Positions 49,069 to 64,000 of a stretch of DNA of 64,000 nucleotides are shown one piece after another (positions within the stretch are counted from its first letter, which is position 1; each line of letters starts with the position of its first letter). The notes under the pieces were generated by a model. It was not told where the DNA came from and ran no database searches. It saw nothing but the letters and a program-made list of their open reading frames with translations. This DNA is from Chrysomallon squamiferum (lineage: Eukaryota > Animalia > Mollusca), in the NCBI GenBank assembly GCA_012295275.1, contig CM022671.1, positions 22,196,001 to 22,260,000 on the forward strand, written 5' to 3'. A program made the position numbers and the translations under genes.

Positions 49069-49090
49069 TAACCACCACCAACAACAACGA
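48832..49090. repeat. Compound microsatellite (ATG)n-(AAAT)n-(AAT)n-(AAG)n-(AAC)n
   Basis: Direct reading. Confidence 0.93.
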
Positions 49091-49567
49091 TAACAAAAGC
49101 TAGAAATTTCATAATTTATTCATGCATCTTTCTTTCTTTTCTCTCCACGATCCATCTTTTTCTTTCTTTCCATTTTTTTTTTAATTTTTTAATTTTTAAT
49201 TTTTTAATTTTTTTTTAATTCTTCATTTTAATTATTACGGATATAAAAAAATCTCATCTCGTTACTTAATCGTCAAAATCCGAGAAGCGCCCGGCGGCTT
49301 AGAAAATTGGCGCCAATTTTTCTGTCCGACTCCTTTAAGGACAAAGCCCGACAGCAGACGAGAAAGAAGAATTAAAACATTGATTGTGGCGGGAGAGCAG
49401 AGCAGTAGGTGCAGTAGATTTCTCTGATTAACTCCTCCCAGACGTAGACGAAGTCGGTGACAAAACGTTTGTCTTGACGTACGTTTTTGTGGCTGAAAAA
49501 ATGGTCACCGAAGAACAATTGTTGTAGCAGATAAACAAAATAAACAAAGAACAGAAGCGTTTGTAAC

Positions 49568-49602
<35 letters not shown>

Positions 49603-50099
49603 ATAATAATAAATAAAATAATAATAAATAAAAAAAAAAAAAAAAATAATAATAATAAAAAATAAAATAAAAATAATAAATAAAAAAAAAAAATAAAAAA
49701 AAATAAAATAAAAAATAAACAAAAAATAAAATAATAAAAATAAAATAAAAAAATAATAAAAATAATAATAAATAAAAAAAATAAAAAAATAATTAATATT
49801 CGCTCGACAGCAGCAGACAGCAAGAAAAGATACTCTCGATTGAAAAAAGTAAAATATATCCCATTAATCCCCCAACTCCAAATATGTGTGTGTGTGTATA
49901 TGTGTATATATGTTTGAGTGCGTGTTTGTGTGTATATATGCGTATACATGTATACAATAAAAAAATAAAATAAAACAGCATAAAAATCCACAAAACAATT
50001 AACTAAATAAAATAAAATTCAACTCAATCCTATTTTAATTTTTTTTTTTTTTTAAAAAAAAGAAAAAAAAAAAAAAGAACAGCAAGAACAACGTTTACA

Positions 50100-50139
<40 letters not shown>

Positions 50140-50510
50140 AAAAGAAAAAAAAAAAAAAGAAACAGCTAACAATAACAGAAACACGAAAGAGGTTATAAAT
50201 AATTTACATTAATGCATAAATAAGTGCAGAACTTAACTACAGGCTGTTACGTCAGACCTCTCCACGTTTAGCGTGCACTTTAGGTGCATATGGTTTACCA
50301 CAGACTGATAGAAATACAAGTACACACACAGCCAGTCTGACAGATTAACAGATAATCAGACAGACACGAACACAGACACACAGATATACCGACAGATAGT
50401 AAAACGAAGATCTAGCTTTCGGACAGAAAAGATGGAAGATATAAAGGTTATAACTCCGGAGCAGAAGACGAAACAAATAAAATAATAGATATATGTGTGT
50501 GTGTGTGTGT

Positions 50511-50638
<128 letters not shown>

Positions 50639-51400
50639 TAGACATATAAATGCAGGCTGAGCATCATACATACAAATATATATATATAAACAGCAAACAC
50701 AGGGTAACAGAAACATAATAAAATTAAATTTAGCATACTTGCAGTTACAAACTAAATTTATATAAAGAAAATAACTTTTTTTTTTATGTGCTTTAAAATT
50801 ATAAAAATACTCAGTTTCTGCTATTTTATAATACAACGATAACCACGCGAGCCACACAAATTCTCATTTCTAAAGCACGTTGAAAATAATGTGCTACAAA
50901 TTCCCACATATTATGGAACCTGCCGCAAACTCGACTGAAGCGCCATACATATTAATAACTAATGGGCGGAGTATGCTAATTAATAACCAATTCCGACACG
51001 CCCACTGTCACCATCCATACTATAGCGAGTGTGTTTGACACTAATGTGCCATGTCAAACGATATAGACATCAATGTATCTTTTCTTTGGCACTGCGACGC
51101 TTCAGTCATCACACAATGGTGAACGCGTAAACAACACTGCTATTAGTACGTGCCCCGTGCGATTCAGCTGTGAACAGTAAATCTGAGCTTATCTTAATAA
51201 TTCAAAAACAAGTAAAAAAATAAAAAAGTTATAAAACAAATTATTGTTGCCCTGTATCCCATTTTTTTGTTGGTTATTTTGTTATTATTTATTATTCTTT
51301 CATACAAGTAATCGTTTTAATAATTTTTAAAATTTATTTATTTATTTATTTATTTATTATTATTATTATTACTATTACTATTATTATTATTATTTTTTTA

Positions 51401-51440
<40 letters not shown>

Positions 51441-51626
51441 CTATTTATTAATAACGTCATAATTATATGTTCGCTTTGTCAGTAATTGTTTTGGGTTTAT
51501 TCCCGATTCTGGCATTAACCGAATCTGGCAGTGAGATTATAACACTATTTTTAAGCACTGTTTTTATTTTTCTTCAGTTTTTTTGCTTTTCATTTTCCCA
51601 TATTTCTTTTTCTTCATAATAAGCTT

Positions 51627-51661
<35 letters not shown>

Positions 51662-52515
51662 TTTCAGTTGTCTTTATCGTTATTTTATTTTGTTCATTTT
51701 AACCTAATCTTTTATCTTTTTCTGTTTCAGCACATTACTTATTTTCTGTGTTTATAAATCTTCGTTTTTAATGCGTATATTTAGATTTTGGTGTCATAAC
51801 ACTAAATATCTTCTATGAACATAGAGTGATTACTTCGTTTATCACAGATTATAATTGTTTTGTTTTAAAAATCTTATTCATTATACAAATTCAGAAACTG
51901 TTCCTGTTTACAATGTTGGTTTTGGTGGTTTTTTTAAGAACAACATAATCTCAAATTTTGTAATAGATTTTGTTTTGTTGTTCTTATTCATTTTTCAATC
52001 ACTATATTACTGTTTCCATTTACAGTTAGCTAAACATAATGCCGTTTGTAAGACTGTAAATTCCTGTAATCACATATGGATAGATACATAGGAAGATCAT
52101 ATACATACATACATAAATACATAAATACATATATATATACATATATACATACATACATGCATATATATACATACATACATTGGACACATTATAAACAAAA
52201 TAATATACAAATATATAAACATATACTCACATATTCAGAGAACCGCACAAAAAGACTCACATACGCACTGTTTCCTGAAGTGATATTACATGAATGTAAA
52301 TGTGTTGATGTTCCTTCAGTGAAGGAAAGAGAACACTGGTGTATTAGACAGAATAATTATAAATATGTCGTGTATATACTTCTCTGCTTCCCAACATTTA
52401 ATAAATTCAGTGGACTTATTAAAATTAACGTTTTTGTATGTTATAATTATGTTTGCATATTTTAATAACTTCGAACATCTGATTATGAACATCTGTTAAT
52501 GTATATGTGTGTGTG

Positions 52516-52583
<68 letters not shown>

Positions 52584-52753
52584 TTATTATTATTAATTAT
52601 TATTATTATTATTAATTATTAATATTAATGTTATTATTATTATTATTAATATTATTATTATTATTATTAAAACATTTTCAACATTTTCAACAAAAAAGTA
52701 CAAGTGCCTATTTCTAATAATAATAATAATAATAATAATAATAGTAGTAGTAA

Positions 52754-52791
<38 letters not shown>

Positions 52792-53545
52792 ATAGTAGTA
52801 ATAATTTTAAACGAAATAGCCAGTGAGTGCGAAAAACTGCGAATGTTCTGGAATCACATGTACCCGTCCTAACGACACTAATGGCAGTTTTTAATAATTT
52901 AAACACTGGACCGAAAACAATTATTAAACTGTCAGCACGAGGCGTGTTTTACTCGCTGGACGCGAGAGAATATCATAAATTAATAATTTCATAATTCGGA
53001 ACCGTCCACAAAGCTCTCTGATTAACCGCACGTCAAAACAGGGAAGAAAACTCTTCAAGACAGCTGGCATGACATTCGCGAAGTCTCGCGAGACTGCGCG
53101 AGACGTCTCCAGTCCGCGCACCTGTAATGACCCGTGTACTCGCAGACTTTTGTTCCAACTCATTCGCACCTCTGCAATATTCATAGATTTCCTCAATTAG
53201 CGACCTCATCAAATAATTGCGTCTTTCGAAATGTCACAGCGTTGTTGTTTTTTTTTGTGGTTTTTTTTACAAGTGGCGTACGTAACGTGCCATCTCTTCT
53301 TATACTAACGAACTCATTGCTAGTGTTCTGTTGTAACCATCTCGATTACGATGTCATGTATTTTATACTTAATTATGTTTCTTTATTTCCTTTCCGATTT
53401 TTTAATTTTTTATTTGCTGTTATAATTTTTATTGTTATTGTTGTTGTTGTTGTTGTTTATTTTTATTAATCCCTTTAATAATAACAGTGTAATAAACGAT
53501 GATGATGACATTTGATAAAAATTTCATTAAATATAAATATCAGGC

Positions 53546-53577
<32 letters not shown>

Positions 53578-53927
53578 GACATACATAATACACACATTCA
53601 CACACACACACACACACACACATACATACACATTCAGACAAACATACAAAGAGAATAATGTAAATATATACAAATTTGGTATAAATAAATAAATAATGAT
53701 GATAATAGTAATTTTTTAAAAGCAATTACATTTACATTTGATACCTGCGAAATGGATAACACGATCTTCATTTTAATCTTCGAAACCGAATGTATTATTT
53801 AAATACTTATTAAATACTGAAATGTTGGATCAAAATAATCGATCATCAAAATTTAACTTTATAACATCCATTCGCATTCCATTCCCAAGTTTTACAAAAC
53901 AAGAGACAAAGCTCTTAACATAACTTT

Positions 53928-53992
<65 letters not shown>

Positions 53993-54716
53993 CAAAAACA
54001 CAAAAATAAAAATATTAATTAAAATAAATAAATAAATAAACAAATAAATTTAAAAAAAAAAAACAAATAAACAAAAAAACACCGCCTCCACAATCAACAA
54101 CAAAGAAAGAAAATAAAAACCCAAATGTTTTATGCTACATTTCAAAAAAATAATTTCTCTTAATTTCCTTTAACTAATTTTTTTTTTTTTTTTCAAAATA
54201 TTACTTTTAACGAAACACGCAAAAGGCATAGCGCTACATATGGCCTTTGTCGTTTCTCTCATTTAAAAAAAAAAAAAAAACTATCTTTTTTTTTTCTCTA
54301 TTTCTGAAAAACAAAGCCGAGGAGTCCCAGTTCAGGTGCAGTGTTTGCAGTAAACGTGTTTGTGGAAACACCAATCCTGTTCGAATTCCTTTTCGTGCTT
54401 GCGCCGTATGAATTATTAAACAGTAGATTACTCAGGAGAATTTCATAATCTTCAATCTGGCTGGTGCGCCGCACAATTATGGGAATTTAAACACGAAGAT
54501 AGGCCGACTGGGGGCTCGGCGGTTTGCATCTCGCTCGAAGCGTAACGGAATAGTGATTTCTTTATCGCCTAACTAAGCGTTCTGCTCCGTTAGACACTTA
54601 ATTAACTTTTCGCCGAAGTCGAATTTCACAGAGAAAAATGTCATTGAAAGCGATTAGCCCGATTAGGGTAAAGTACAAAGTAAGAAGAGAGATTCTGATT
54701 CTGATTCTGATTATTG

Positions 54717-54750
<34 letters not shown>

Positions 54751-54770
54751 CATTGTCATTGTCATTATTG

Positions 54771-54811
<41 letters not shown>

Positions 54812-55032
54812 TATTTTTGTTAGTAGGTTTTGTTTCATCTCTTGTTTGTTTTCTTTGTTTAAAAATAAAACACCCATGTGAAAAAAAAAAAAAATATTGA
54901 TTTTATAAAAATAAAGACAAAGACAGCGTACAAAAAACACCCATCTATAATATCATCAAAGCTAATAAACATATTGCAAAACACAAATACATTTAAAATA
55001 TAAATGGCAAAATTTCCAGAACTGACGTTTCT

Positions 55033-55113
<81 letters not shown>

Positions 55114-55655
55114 AAAGAAAAAAGACGAACTCACACCAGTGTTTTATGATCGAGAAAACTATTCCTGCAGTGAAATTCGAACCTGATACCAATCGGACTG
55201 ATGATACATATATCTAACCAGCATTAAAACTGTCGAAACGAAAATTTTCCTTTTATAATTATTTAGCAAACATTTTTGCCATCCGAACTGCAGTGTAATT
55301 CTAAGCTGTGTATATACATGTTTAAAAAGCGAGCTCGCGTGACATGCAGTGACTTGTAGGATCAGTCCTTCTTAATGGTCTATTTTACATCCCAGTTAGC
55401 TTTCCATTACTAATGTTAATCAAATATCGTGATGTTGTGTACAGGAAAATGATTGAGGAGAGAGAACGTTTACAAATGCTGCTAGGAGGTGGCATCTGGA
55501 ATAGAGGCGTGGAGAATCCATTGTCATTTGTTTGTAGTTGTTAATCATGTGGTATAATCGTAACAGTTTTGACTTCAAAATGTTGAAAACAGACTGTATT
55601 TCTGTTTTGTGCAAAATATTCGTCCATTTATTTTCATCATCATCATTATCATAAC

Positions 55656-55697
<42 letters not shown>

Positions 55698-56043
55698 TAT
55701 AATAATAATAAATATAAATATAATAAGTATTATTATTATTATTATTATCATTATTTAGGTGCAGCACAGAAAGTATGTCCAGCTGAGTTCTTTTGCTTTT
55801 CTGGAACCCATCACGAGTTATAGCCCCTGACAATCGTGCGTTCTTCCAATTGATTTCCCGCCCAAACTATCACAGATCGGCGGGAAATATTGGTGCAGGC
55901 GCCTTCATGATTAAGCCCGACAGAAACTACACCAAGAAGTCGTAGTAACCTGTTGTGCGACTGTTAATTACTTTGCTGAACAAACTCAATTTACTCTTTT
56001 AACGAAAAACATATTATATCTGACCCGAACCGCCTCGCTTACC

Positions 56044-56057
56044 GCGCACCCTGGTGG
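56044..56057 (-). promoter_or_regulatory. CTCF-like motif (CCACCAGGGTGCGC on the minus strand)
   Basis: One mismatch to CCACCAGGGGGCGC in an otherwise very AT-rich window. Confidence 0.5.
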
Positions 56058-57046
56058 CGAATTTACTACACAGTCTGATTTTTCGCTCAGGACGTTAATG
56101 TACTACGTTCACATTGTGTTGGGTTAATTTTTTTTTTTTTTTTTTTTTCGCTTTTTTCTTAAAAATCTCGGCGCCTTTCTCATTGTGATAAAGTGCAAGC
56201 AATGCGATGTTCTTGTTCTTTCTAAGTAGAATCTGTGATATTTCGTTCAATCGATGTTTTATGTTTATTCATAGTTCGTCTGTCTTAAGGCCTAATTGTT
56301 TTCAAAGTCTTTATTTCAGTGCGTCGGTTATATCACAGTAGTATCTTAACTTCTGTAATATCCATAATCTGTGAGTTCTGGTTAAAATTGGAAACGGAAT
56401 TTTATTGTGCGAGTGTGGATATTGTAAAAGAGAGAGAGAGAGAGAGAGAGGAGAGCGAGGGTGTTAAATAGACAGAGAGAAGGAGGATATGTGATACAGA
56501 GAAAGAGTAAGTTATCGTGCATAAAATACAATACATTAAGAAACATCACAATGATAGATTGTCTTATATTGGTTAAATGTCATTAAATCCTGTTGGAAAT
56601 GTAGTAATCAACTTCTTTTATTAGTTATAACATGAATTATAATAAAATCGAAATTAATAATAATAATAATAATAATAAAAATAAATAAATAAAATTGAAA
56701 AGTCCTCCCTACGAAGAAAAAAAAATATGTGTACACACACGCACACATATATATTAAAAAATAAATAAATAATAAAAATATATGCAAATAAATAAATAAA
56801 TAAATAAAAAACAGCTGGTAAAGATCCACAGAATGATGCAAATACTAAAATTAAGAGACATAGCTGCTATTAATTTAGTTAGGCTGCAATATCTAGTAAA
56901 AATATTTCTTTTTAATTATTCTTCTCTCGCACTACATTTATATAATTAATCTTTTGTGATATATTTTATTTATTTATTTATTTATTTATTTAATTAGGCC
57001 GTGTAGTTTTCTAGAAAAAATTATTTGTAGCTTAAAAAAATAATAA

Positions 57047-57081
<35 letters not shown>

Positions 57082-59598
57082 ATTAATGATCCAAATTATT
57101 ATTTTTTCTAAGCGACAAAATCACAATAACAAATGAACAAAACGTAAAACATACCAAATGAGAATTTAAATGTGGTATAAAAAAAAAATGAATAAAAGAA
57201 TGAATGAATAAATAAATATTATAATAAAAACACAGATATTTTATAATAAATATTGTTTATTCCTTTATCTACTTCACTATCTCACAAAAAAAAAAAAAAA
57301 AAAAAAATTTAAATTAAAATTAAAAAAAAAAAAAATAATAAAATAAAATATAAATACAAATTCATGACACGCCAAACAGAGTAAAGTTTCAGGAAGAGAA
57401 CAAACACAGTTAAAAAAAATAACGAAAACCACCAGAAGTCACGACGCATTATTTGCCCGATGACATCATAACGTCTCGCTCACCGGAAAGCGTCCATTTT
57501 GAAAGCCATGTCGTAGAATTAATCAAGACGACGTCATCATGTCAACTGTTCATTGTTTCAGCAGCGCTGACAACAGCGGCGTTTTGTCCGCAGAACAGTT
57601 TAATTTGTCAACGGCTTACACGGCATGATTGCAGCGATGTCGTAATTAAATAGCCCTAACCCAGCTACGGCTGTCACTTGTCACACATCATCGTGGAGAC
57701 GACGACAGTGATACATCCCTTCCATTCTCGCGCTCTCTGCTTCCCATACCCATGCAACAGTTTGAGAGTGACGGGATTGATTGGGTGGGGTCGAGAAAGC
57801 CGTGTACACCCACGTTAGTATGTTTAATATTTTAAAAATGTGAACTGTTCTAACTGTATTTGTATGTATATATAAAAACCGCTTTAACAGGGTCGTTTAA
57901 TTCGGTTTTGGAAATTCAATGAAAATAAGGCCGATGAGGTTTTCGTTTGCTAAAATATATTAATTTTTTAAGTCAGAAAAAAAAAAAAAAAAAAAAAATA
58001 AAAAATAAAAAATAAAAAAAATAAAAAATAAAAATAAAAAAACAACAAAAAAAAAAAATAAAAAAAAAAAAAAACAAAAATAAAAAAATAAAACGTCCTA
58101 ATAAACCCAGCAATAATTAAAAACAAAATAAATTTTGAGACAATCTTGACGTGTTAATTTTTTTTTTACCCCGAGAGATGATGCGCGTATTTATTACACA
58201 GTCACGTGTACATCACACTCAAACTACTATCCTGCTTAAACTGAACGAGATAAAGGAACCAAACGTAAAGTGCACCATTAAAAACTCTCGATTTTACCAT
58301 TGTAACGCAGACGAAAAACAGGCAACGCAGTGTCATGCACCACGATAGCACTTTCTGGAGAACCATTTGAAGGTTACATTTGATGACTAAATTATGGGTC
58401 ATTTGCTGAAAGATGAAATGAGGCTGTGTGATAATAGCGCTCATTTGGAGCGGACCAGACCATGGAGACCAGTTAATAAAGTTCCTGCTCAAAGTAACGG
58501 TTCTCCCACACGCTGACAGGTGACGTTGACCAGTCTATCGGTTTTTATCAATAACGATAACTCGACAGGTCCCGCCATTTCTTGACTTCAAAGACTGGAG
58601 GTTTAACGACCTCTGAATTGTCTGTAGGAATTTAATGCACCACTTGTGACGTTGCTATTACGTCATAATGCAAGATGTTAAATACATATAATAATAAAAT
58701 AATTGACTGAAAGTGATGTTCACTAATTAGTTGAAGATACAAATAAAAATATAAGTTGTGTCAGATTCGTCTATGTAATAATAATGATGATGATAAATAA
58801 ATAAATAAGGAAAGACATATATATGTAGATAGATATATGGATAGATAAATAGGCAAATCAATAGATAGATAGATAAATAATAAACAAATAAAGATAAAAT
58901 AAATAAAAACTAAAATCAAACAACAAAACTAACACACAAAATATGTTGAAAAAAATACAAAAACAACCAAAATAAAATAAAATAAAAAATGATGAGAAAG
59001 AACCTGAACAAAGCAAAAGAAAACCACATCGCAGCCAAAGAACAACTGACAAAACAAAAACAAAACTGAGAAAAAAAAAAAGAAGAAGAAAATAACCAAC
59101 AAAAACCAAACAAAAATCCCCCAGAAAACCAACAAAAAAAAACCAACAAAAAAACAACAACGAAGAAACAAAAAAAACAACAACAACACAAACGCTTCAA
59201 ACAAACGGAGATAATTCCTTCACAAAATCTCCCAAGAAAAAAAAAAAAGCCCTTATAAATATAATAAAACCTTCAGAGCGATGATGATAAAAGAACAAAT
59301 GAAATACGCTGCCTCAGCTTCTGTCTGCTTCAGTACTCGACTCATCTGTTTAACAAATTCTTCAACTTCGTGACCACTGTTATCAACATCGGTTAACAAA
59401 ACGCTGTCTTAATGGTCCTCATTTTGCGCCCAATGATCGCAGGCCGCACTACAAAGAAAACCTCTGGTTCCAGCTGACAGCAGAATTTACGATATTTGTT
59501 TGACATTGAGTAACCGGACTGTTCAGTGCCAGCAGTGTTTCTAACCGAATCACGAACATATGTAATATATATATATCTTTAGCGATGTATGAGTAGTT

Positions 59599-59634
<36 letters not shown>

Positions 59635-59810
59635 CACCATTTTTTTGAAAATCGTTGTTGCATTTTCATTTTAAACAATATAATTATCTCTATTTTTGCG
59701 AAAAATAAAAAAATAAAAATATCTTGAAGAATTTAATAATAATTCTACAATAGCTAGAACCAAGGGAGATTTAGAATTATATTTATATTTCTACAACAAC
59801 GGAAATAGTA

Positions 59811-59914
<104 letters not shown>

Positions 59915-60915
59915 GTTGATTTTTTCCTTCTGACCGTGAAGAAAATAACCTAAACTAAAATAATCTATACTAAACTGAAATTAAATAAAACAAAATAACA
60001 ACAACAACAACAGCATTTTTAAAAAACCCGAAAAAAAAAAGAAGAAAGAAACTCTTTGCTGTATACACAATCAAACAAACAGGATTGGCTGTTAAATGTT
60101 TCCATCAGTCATTTAGTATAACAGTCTTCGGTTTCCCTTAAACAGATTCCGCTATCATCATCAAATTAGCAGGTCAAATACAGCGGGCGGGGGGTGGTCG
60201 TGGGGTGCCTGACTCAGTGCCACATGCCTCGACGTCGCGCGATTAGATCCTCCTCAAAGCGTTTGATCATCGTGGCCCACGTTCCTGTTAATGACGTCTC
60301 CGTCAACGCTGAGGGCACCGAGTAACCATTCACAGAAAAGAAAGTCGGAACCGGTGCGCATGCTCGTTGTCTGTTTGATCTAAGATTTTTCCACAATAAC
60401 TGTTCGGAGGTCGTTAAGGAAAGTAACCATGGTGACCAGGCGGCGATGGCCTTTTTCAGAGTTAGCCGAATCGGACAGACAGACTGATTTCTGGAAAACT
60501 TCAGCGCTCTGTTTCCTGTCTCCGATGGTGATTCCGTCTTTTAGACGCCGCCATTACACGTCATCCTGGCTATCTCTGCTCAGGAAGTGTCATTTCTCGT
60601 ATAATACGACTTGATTATCGAAAGTTGGCATTTGATCTAAAGAGAGCTGGGATACTGACCTTTTGAATTGTCTCACTTCGACACATTTCTTTAAGAAGAA
60701 CTGTATTCATTGGCCAAACACTGACCGTGGGTTTAAACACCCGCGAGATGTACATTCACAGATAAAAGGTGTTTTCATCTGATATTTATTTTAATTTGTT
60801 ATTTTAAATTCTGTTATTCGTGCCTGATTTTGAAGAACAGAATTCAGAATATGACGTTTTGAGTTTTCAGTTGTTATTGTTACAACTATTATTTTTAATA
60901 TTTATTATTGACTTT

Positions 60916-61035
<120 letters not shown>

Positions 61036-63947
61036 AGGTATCAGTCTAATCAGTTACTAATCCAAATGATTCGTGATCATTCTTTCTTTTGAACCTTAAT
61101 TCATTTGAGGCTCAGTCGAAAAATTTACGAAAAATAAACTTTTGTTATTTCATATCAAGTATACCTTGCAGAGTATCATTTCCTTGTTATGACTCCATAC
61201 AAAAAAAAAACCAACAACCCCCCAAAAAAAAAAAAACCAGCCACATAACAACGCATGTCAAAGCTTGGTGCAAGACACTCAAACAAGAATGTAGATCATA
61301 GACATAAACTGTTACAAAATACCATTACACATAAAACAGTTTGTACTAAGATTACTCGCATCACACCAACACGCACTCCATTAAAGAGGCACTATCGACA
61401 ATTTATAAAACTACCTACATGCCGAGGTTTTCAACTTAAGGCGACTGCAGGAAGCCCATATCAAACAAAACCCGAATCCCATAATCCTCTTGACAGTCGC
61501 TAGAAGAGTGGTAGTAAATCGACCACTTTACAAAACGATATAAAAGTAAATAGCTTTCTAACGCGTCACCCGGTTTGGCCTTCATGTTTAAACGTAATAC
61601 ATATTGTTTTATCACAGCTGTAAATTTTTTTTTTTTTTTTTTTTTTGTCCCTGTATTGCGCCACGACACGATAACAGACATTTGTGTTTGGTTTTAACTC
61701 GTGCTTAGGTGGAAAGTTTCGGTGCCTCAACGTCTGAAATGAGTCTATCGCAAAGCCCCGTGTTTGAGACTGTAACAAGTGCATGCATACATTTAAAATT
61801 CGCATTGTGAGTTGTGATGATACAGAAAGGGAGCATGTTCTTCGTGTGTTGTGCGAGGTTATAGGAAGGTATATGTGTTTTTATGAATGATTTTTAGATA
61901 CGTCTAAAACAAAAAGAACCTGTCAGAATTAATGTGTGAATGAATTAAAGAGAAGGAGAGAGAGAGAGAGAAAACAAAAAAAGAGAGAGAGAAACAGAAA
62001 CAGAGATGGAATCAGTTACACACACACACACATACTTATCTTTCTTTCTTAACTTCTCTTCTTTCTTTTTCTCTCTCTCTCTCTAGAGAGAAAGAAGAGA
62101 AGATACCAGAAAAGAACAGAAGAAAGAAAGAGGGAGAGAGAGAGAGTGTGAGACACGTGTAGTAACTGGAAATCTATCTGTGATACATGCACCTGTTTTC
62201 TTCTTCTTCTTCTTCATTTTAATTTACTATTATGAACGTGTTTTTCATTAAATTCATTAAAGCTGAATAATTTCGATCTGGCGACAGTCTAAAATGTTTC
62301 GCTGTTAAATGTCAGTTGTGACTCAAGGTACTCAATTTTTCTCTGTCCAAATGTCACCGAATATTGGTGACAGATGAAGAAAAAGTTCAGTCTTTCACGG
62401 GGCTCCAAAAATATTCTCATTAGTTTCACGTGTCAAGAATAAATCATATTAACTTAATAAATTCAATTGCATCACTGAAACAGTATGTGATTTAAACAGG
62501 CTTATTCCTTCAGACAATAATTAAGTGAAAATTGTATTGCTCTTCTCTATATTGCTATTCTTTATATCCTGTTGGAAATTTGTCTTCTCGTTACTGTTTT
62601 TTTTTGTGGGTTTTTTTTTTTTTTCGTAGACAACAAAATCAACAGTAACAATGACAATAATAATGTTGATGATAATGACAGTGATTATGATACTAATGTT
62701 TATGCTTCTATTACTACAATGAATACAGATGATAATAATGATAGTAGTAGTAGAAGAAGCTGTTGTAGTAGTAGTAGTAGTAGCAGTAGAAGTATTATAT
62801 GTACAGTATCAGTATCAGTAATAAAAGCAGTAACACAAACTTTATTAGTTGTAACAATAATCACACTAAAATTGAAGCAGTAGTATCAATACTGTTAATA
62901 ATATTTAAAGCAATATAACTTCCAATGTTGCTGTCGCTTTTGCTTAGACGTAGAATTTGCAATACAGAGTTAACAACTGTATATGACTAAATATGTATAT
63001 GACTGACACTAATACTATTACCATAAGCATCAGTATGATTTACTTTAGATCACTGAAGACTAACGATATCAAAGAATAGAAGTTTTATCCCTATTTATAT
63101 TTTTCTCTTTCTTATTCACCTTTAATGCAAAAACATAATTTCAAAACGTCGGCTCCTGTACAACCAAACTAAACCCGAAAGCATTCGGACACCACACAGA
63201 CATTTTCATCTGAAAGACGAGTTAATTCCCAAGATTAGCACTTACGGCACTTCGATGATGGCATGCCTCTAATTTCCCCACCCCCCCGGGCCAAACACAA
63301 GTCCTGCGACGTCGGCCAAACAAGATGACGAGCTACGTGAAATGATGAGTCCATACATCATGGTCATCTGTCAGAAATACAAGTCCAGACGAGATGCTTT
63401 TGTCCAGATCATCGTCACAAAACATCTGTAACTAATACGACAGACAGACAGACGGACGGTCACCCCGGGGCTTGGCAACAGTTCATTTCTTTCTCTTTAT
63501 TAGCGAAAATTAAAATTAATGTTATTTTCTTGTTCATGACGTGTGTTTTGATGAAAATGAGACTTTGCTATATATGTTTGTTTTTTTTGTAGGTTTTTTC
63601 AAAGCTTTTGTTTTGTTTTATTAGTTGATATTTGGGTTTTATGCAAATGAATTATTTGTCTGTACGCGAGTACATCTGCATGTAAGGTTATAAGTTATGT
63701 GTACGTCAGTATATATGTTTGTATGTGTGTATGTCTTGTGTGTTTATGTATGTATGTATGTATGTATGTATGTATGCATGTGTTTATGTGTGTATGCATG
63801 CATATATGTATGTATGTATATGTGTATGTGTCTGTGTGAATGTATGTGTATGTATTTTTATATGAGCATGTGTGTCTTTATGTATTGTTAGATAATTACA
63901 TACAAATATATTTCTATTTTGTCCTCTTCTTTTCTTTCTTTTTTAAT

Positions 63948-63949
<2 letters not shown>

Positions 63950-64000
<51 letters not shown>
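63950..64000. repeat. (CT)n microsatellite running off the window edge
   Basis: Direct reading. Confidence 0.95.

Noticed and set aside
52924-53196. 90-aa minus-strand ORF
   Set aside because: No recognisable homology; overlaps a motif cluster better read as regulatory

Overview
AT-rich, microsatellite-laden animal genomic DNA, probably an invertebrate with mosaic gene-body methylation (a mollusc or other lophotrochozoan is plausible but not provable here). Two spliced genes sit head-to-head, ATGs about 2.45 kb apart. (1) Minus strand: an SLC6 Na+-dependent transporter of the inebriated (ine) type, 7 coding exons (7889 down to 400), continuing off the left edge. (2) Plus strand: a complete BCAS3/Rudhira WD40 gene, 21 coding exons (10343-30275, 912 aa by manual splicing, all phases consistent), with an unusually long last intron (about 8.9 kb) and a probable long 3' UTR to about 36 kb. 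From about 37 kb to the end I find no credible coding exon. That region alternates simple repeats with some 25 complex, CpG-retaining islands carrying TF-like motifs, CTCF-like sites and one Tc1/mariner MITE. Best leads: (a) the last intron plus gene desert resembles the cis-regulatory landscape of a developmental gene, with Tbx2/3 predicted beyond the right edge by analogy with human BCAS3-TBX2; (b) the SLC6 protein has a rewired chloride site suggesting Cl-independent transport. The ORF track is mostly exon fragments and repeat artefacts.
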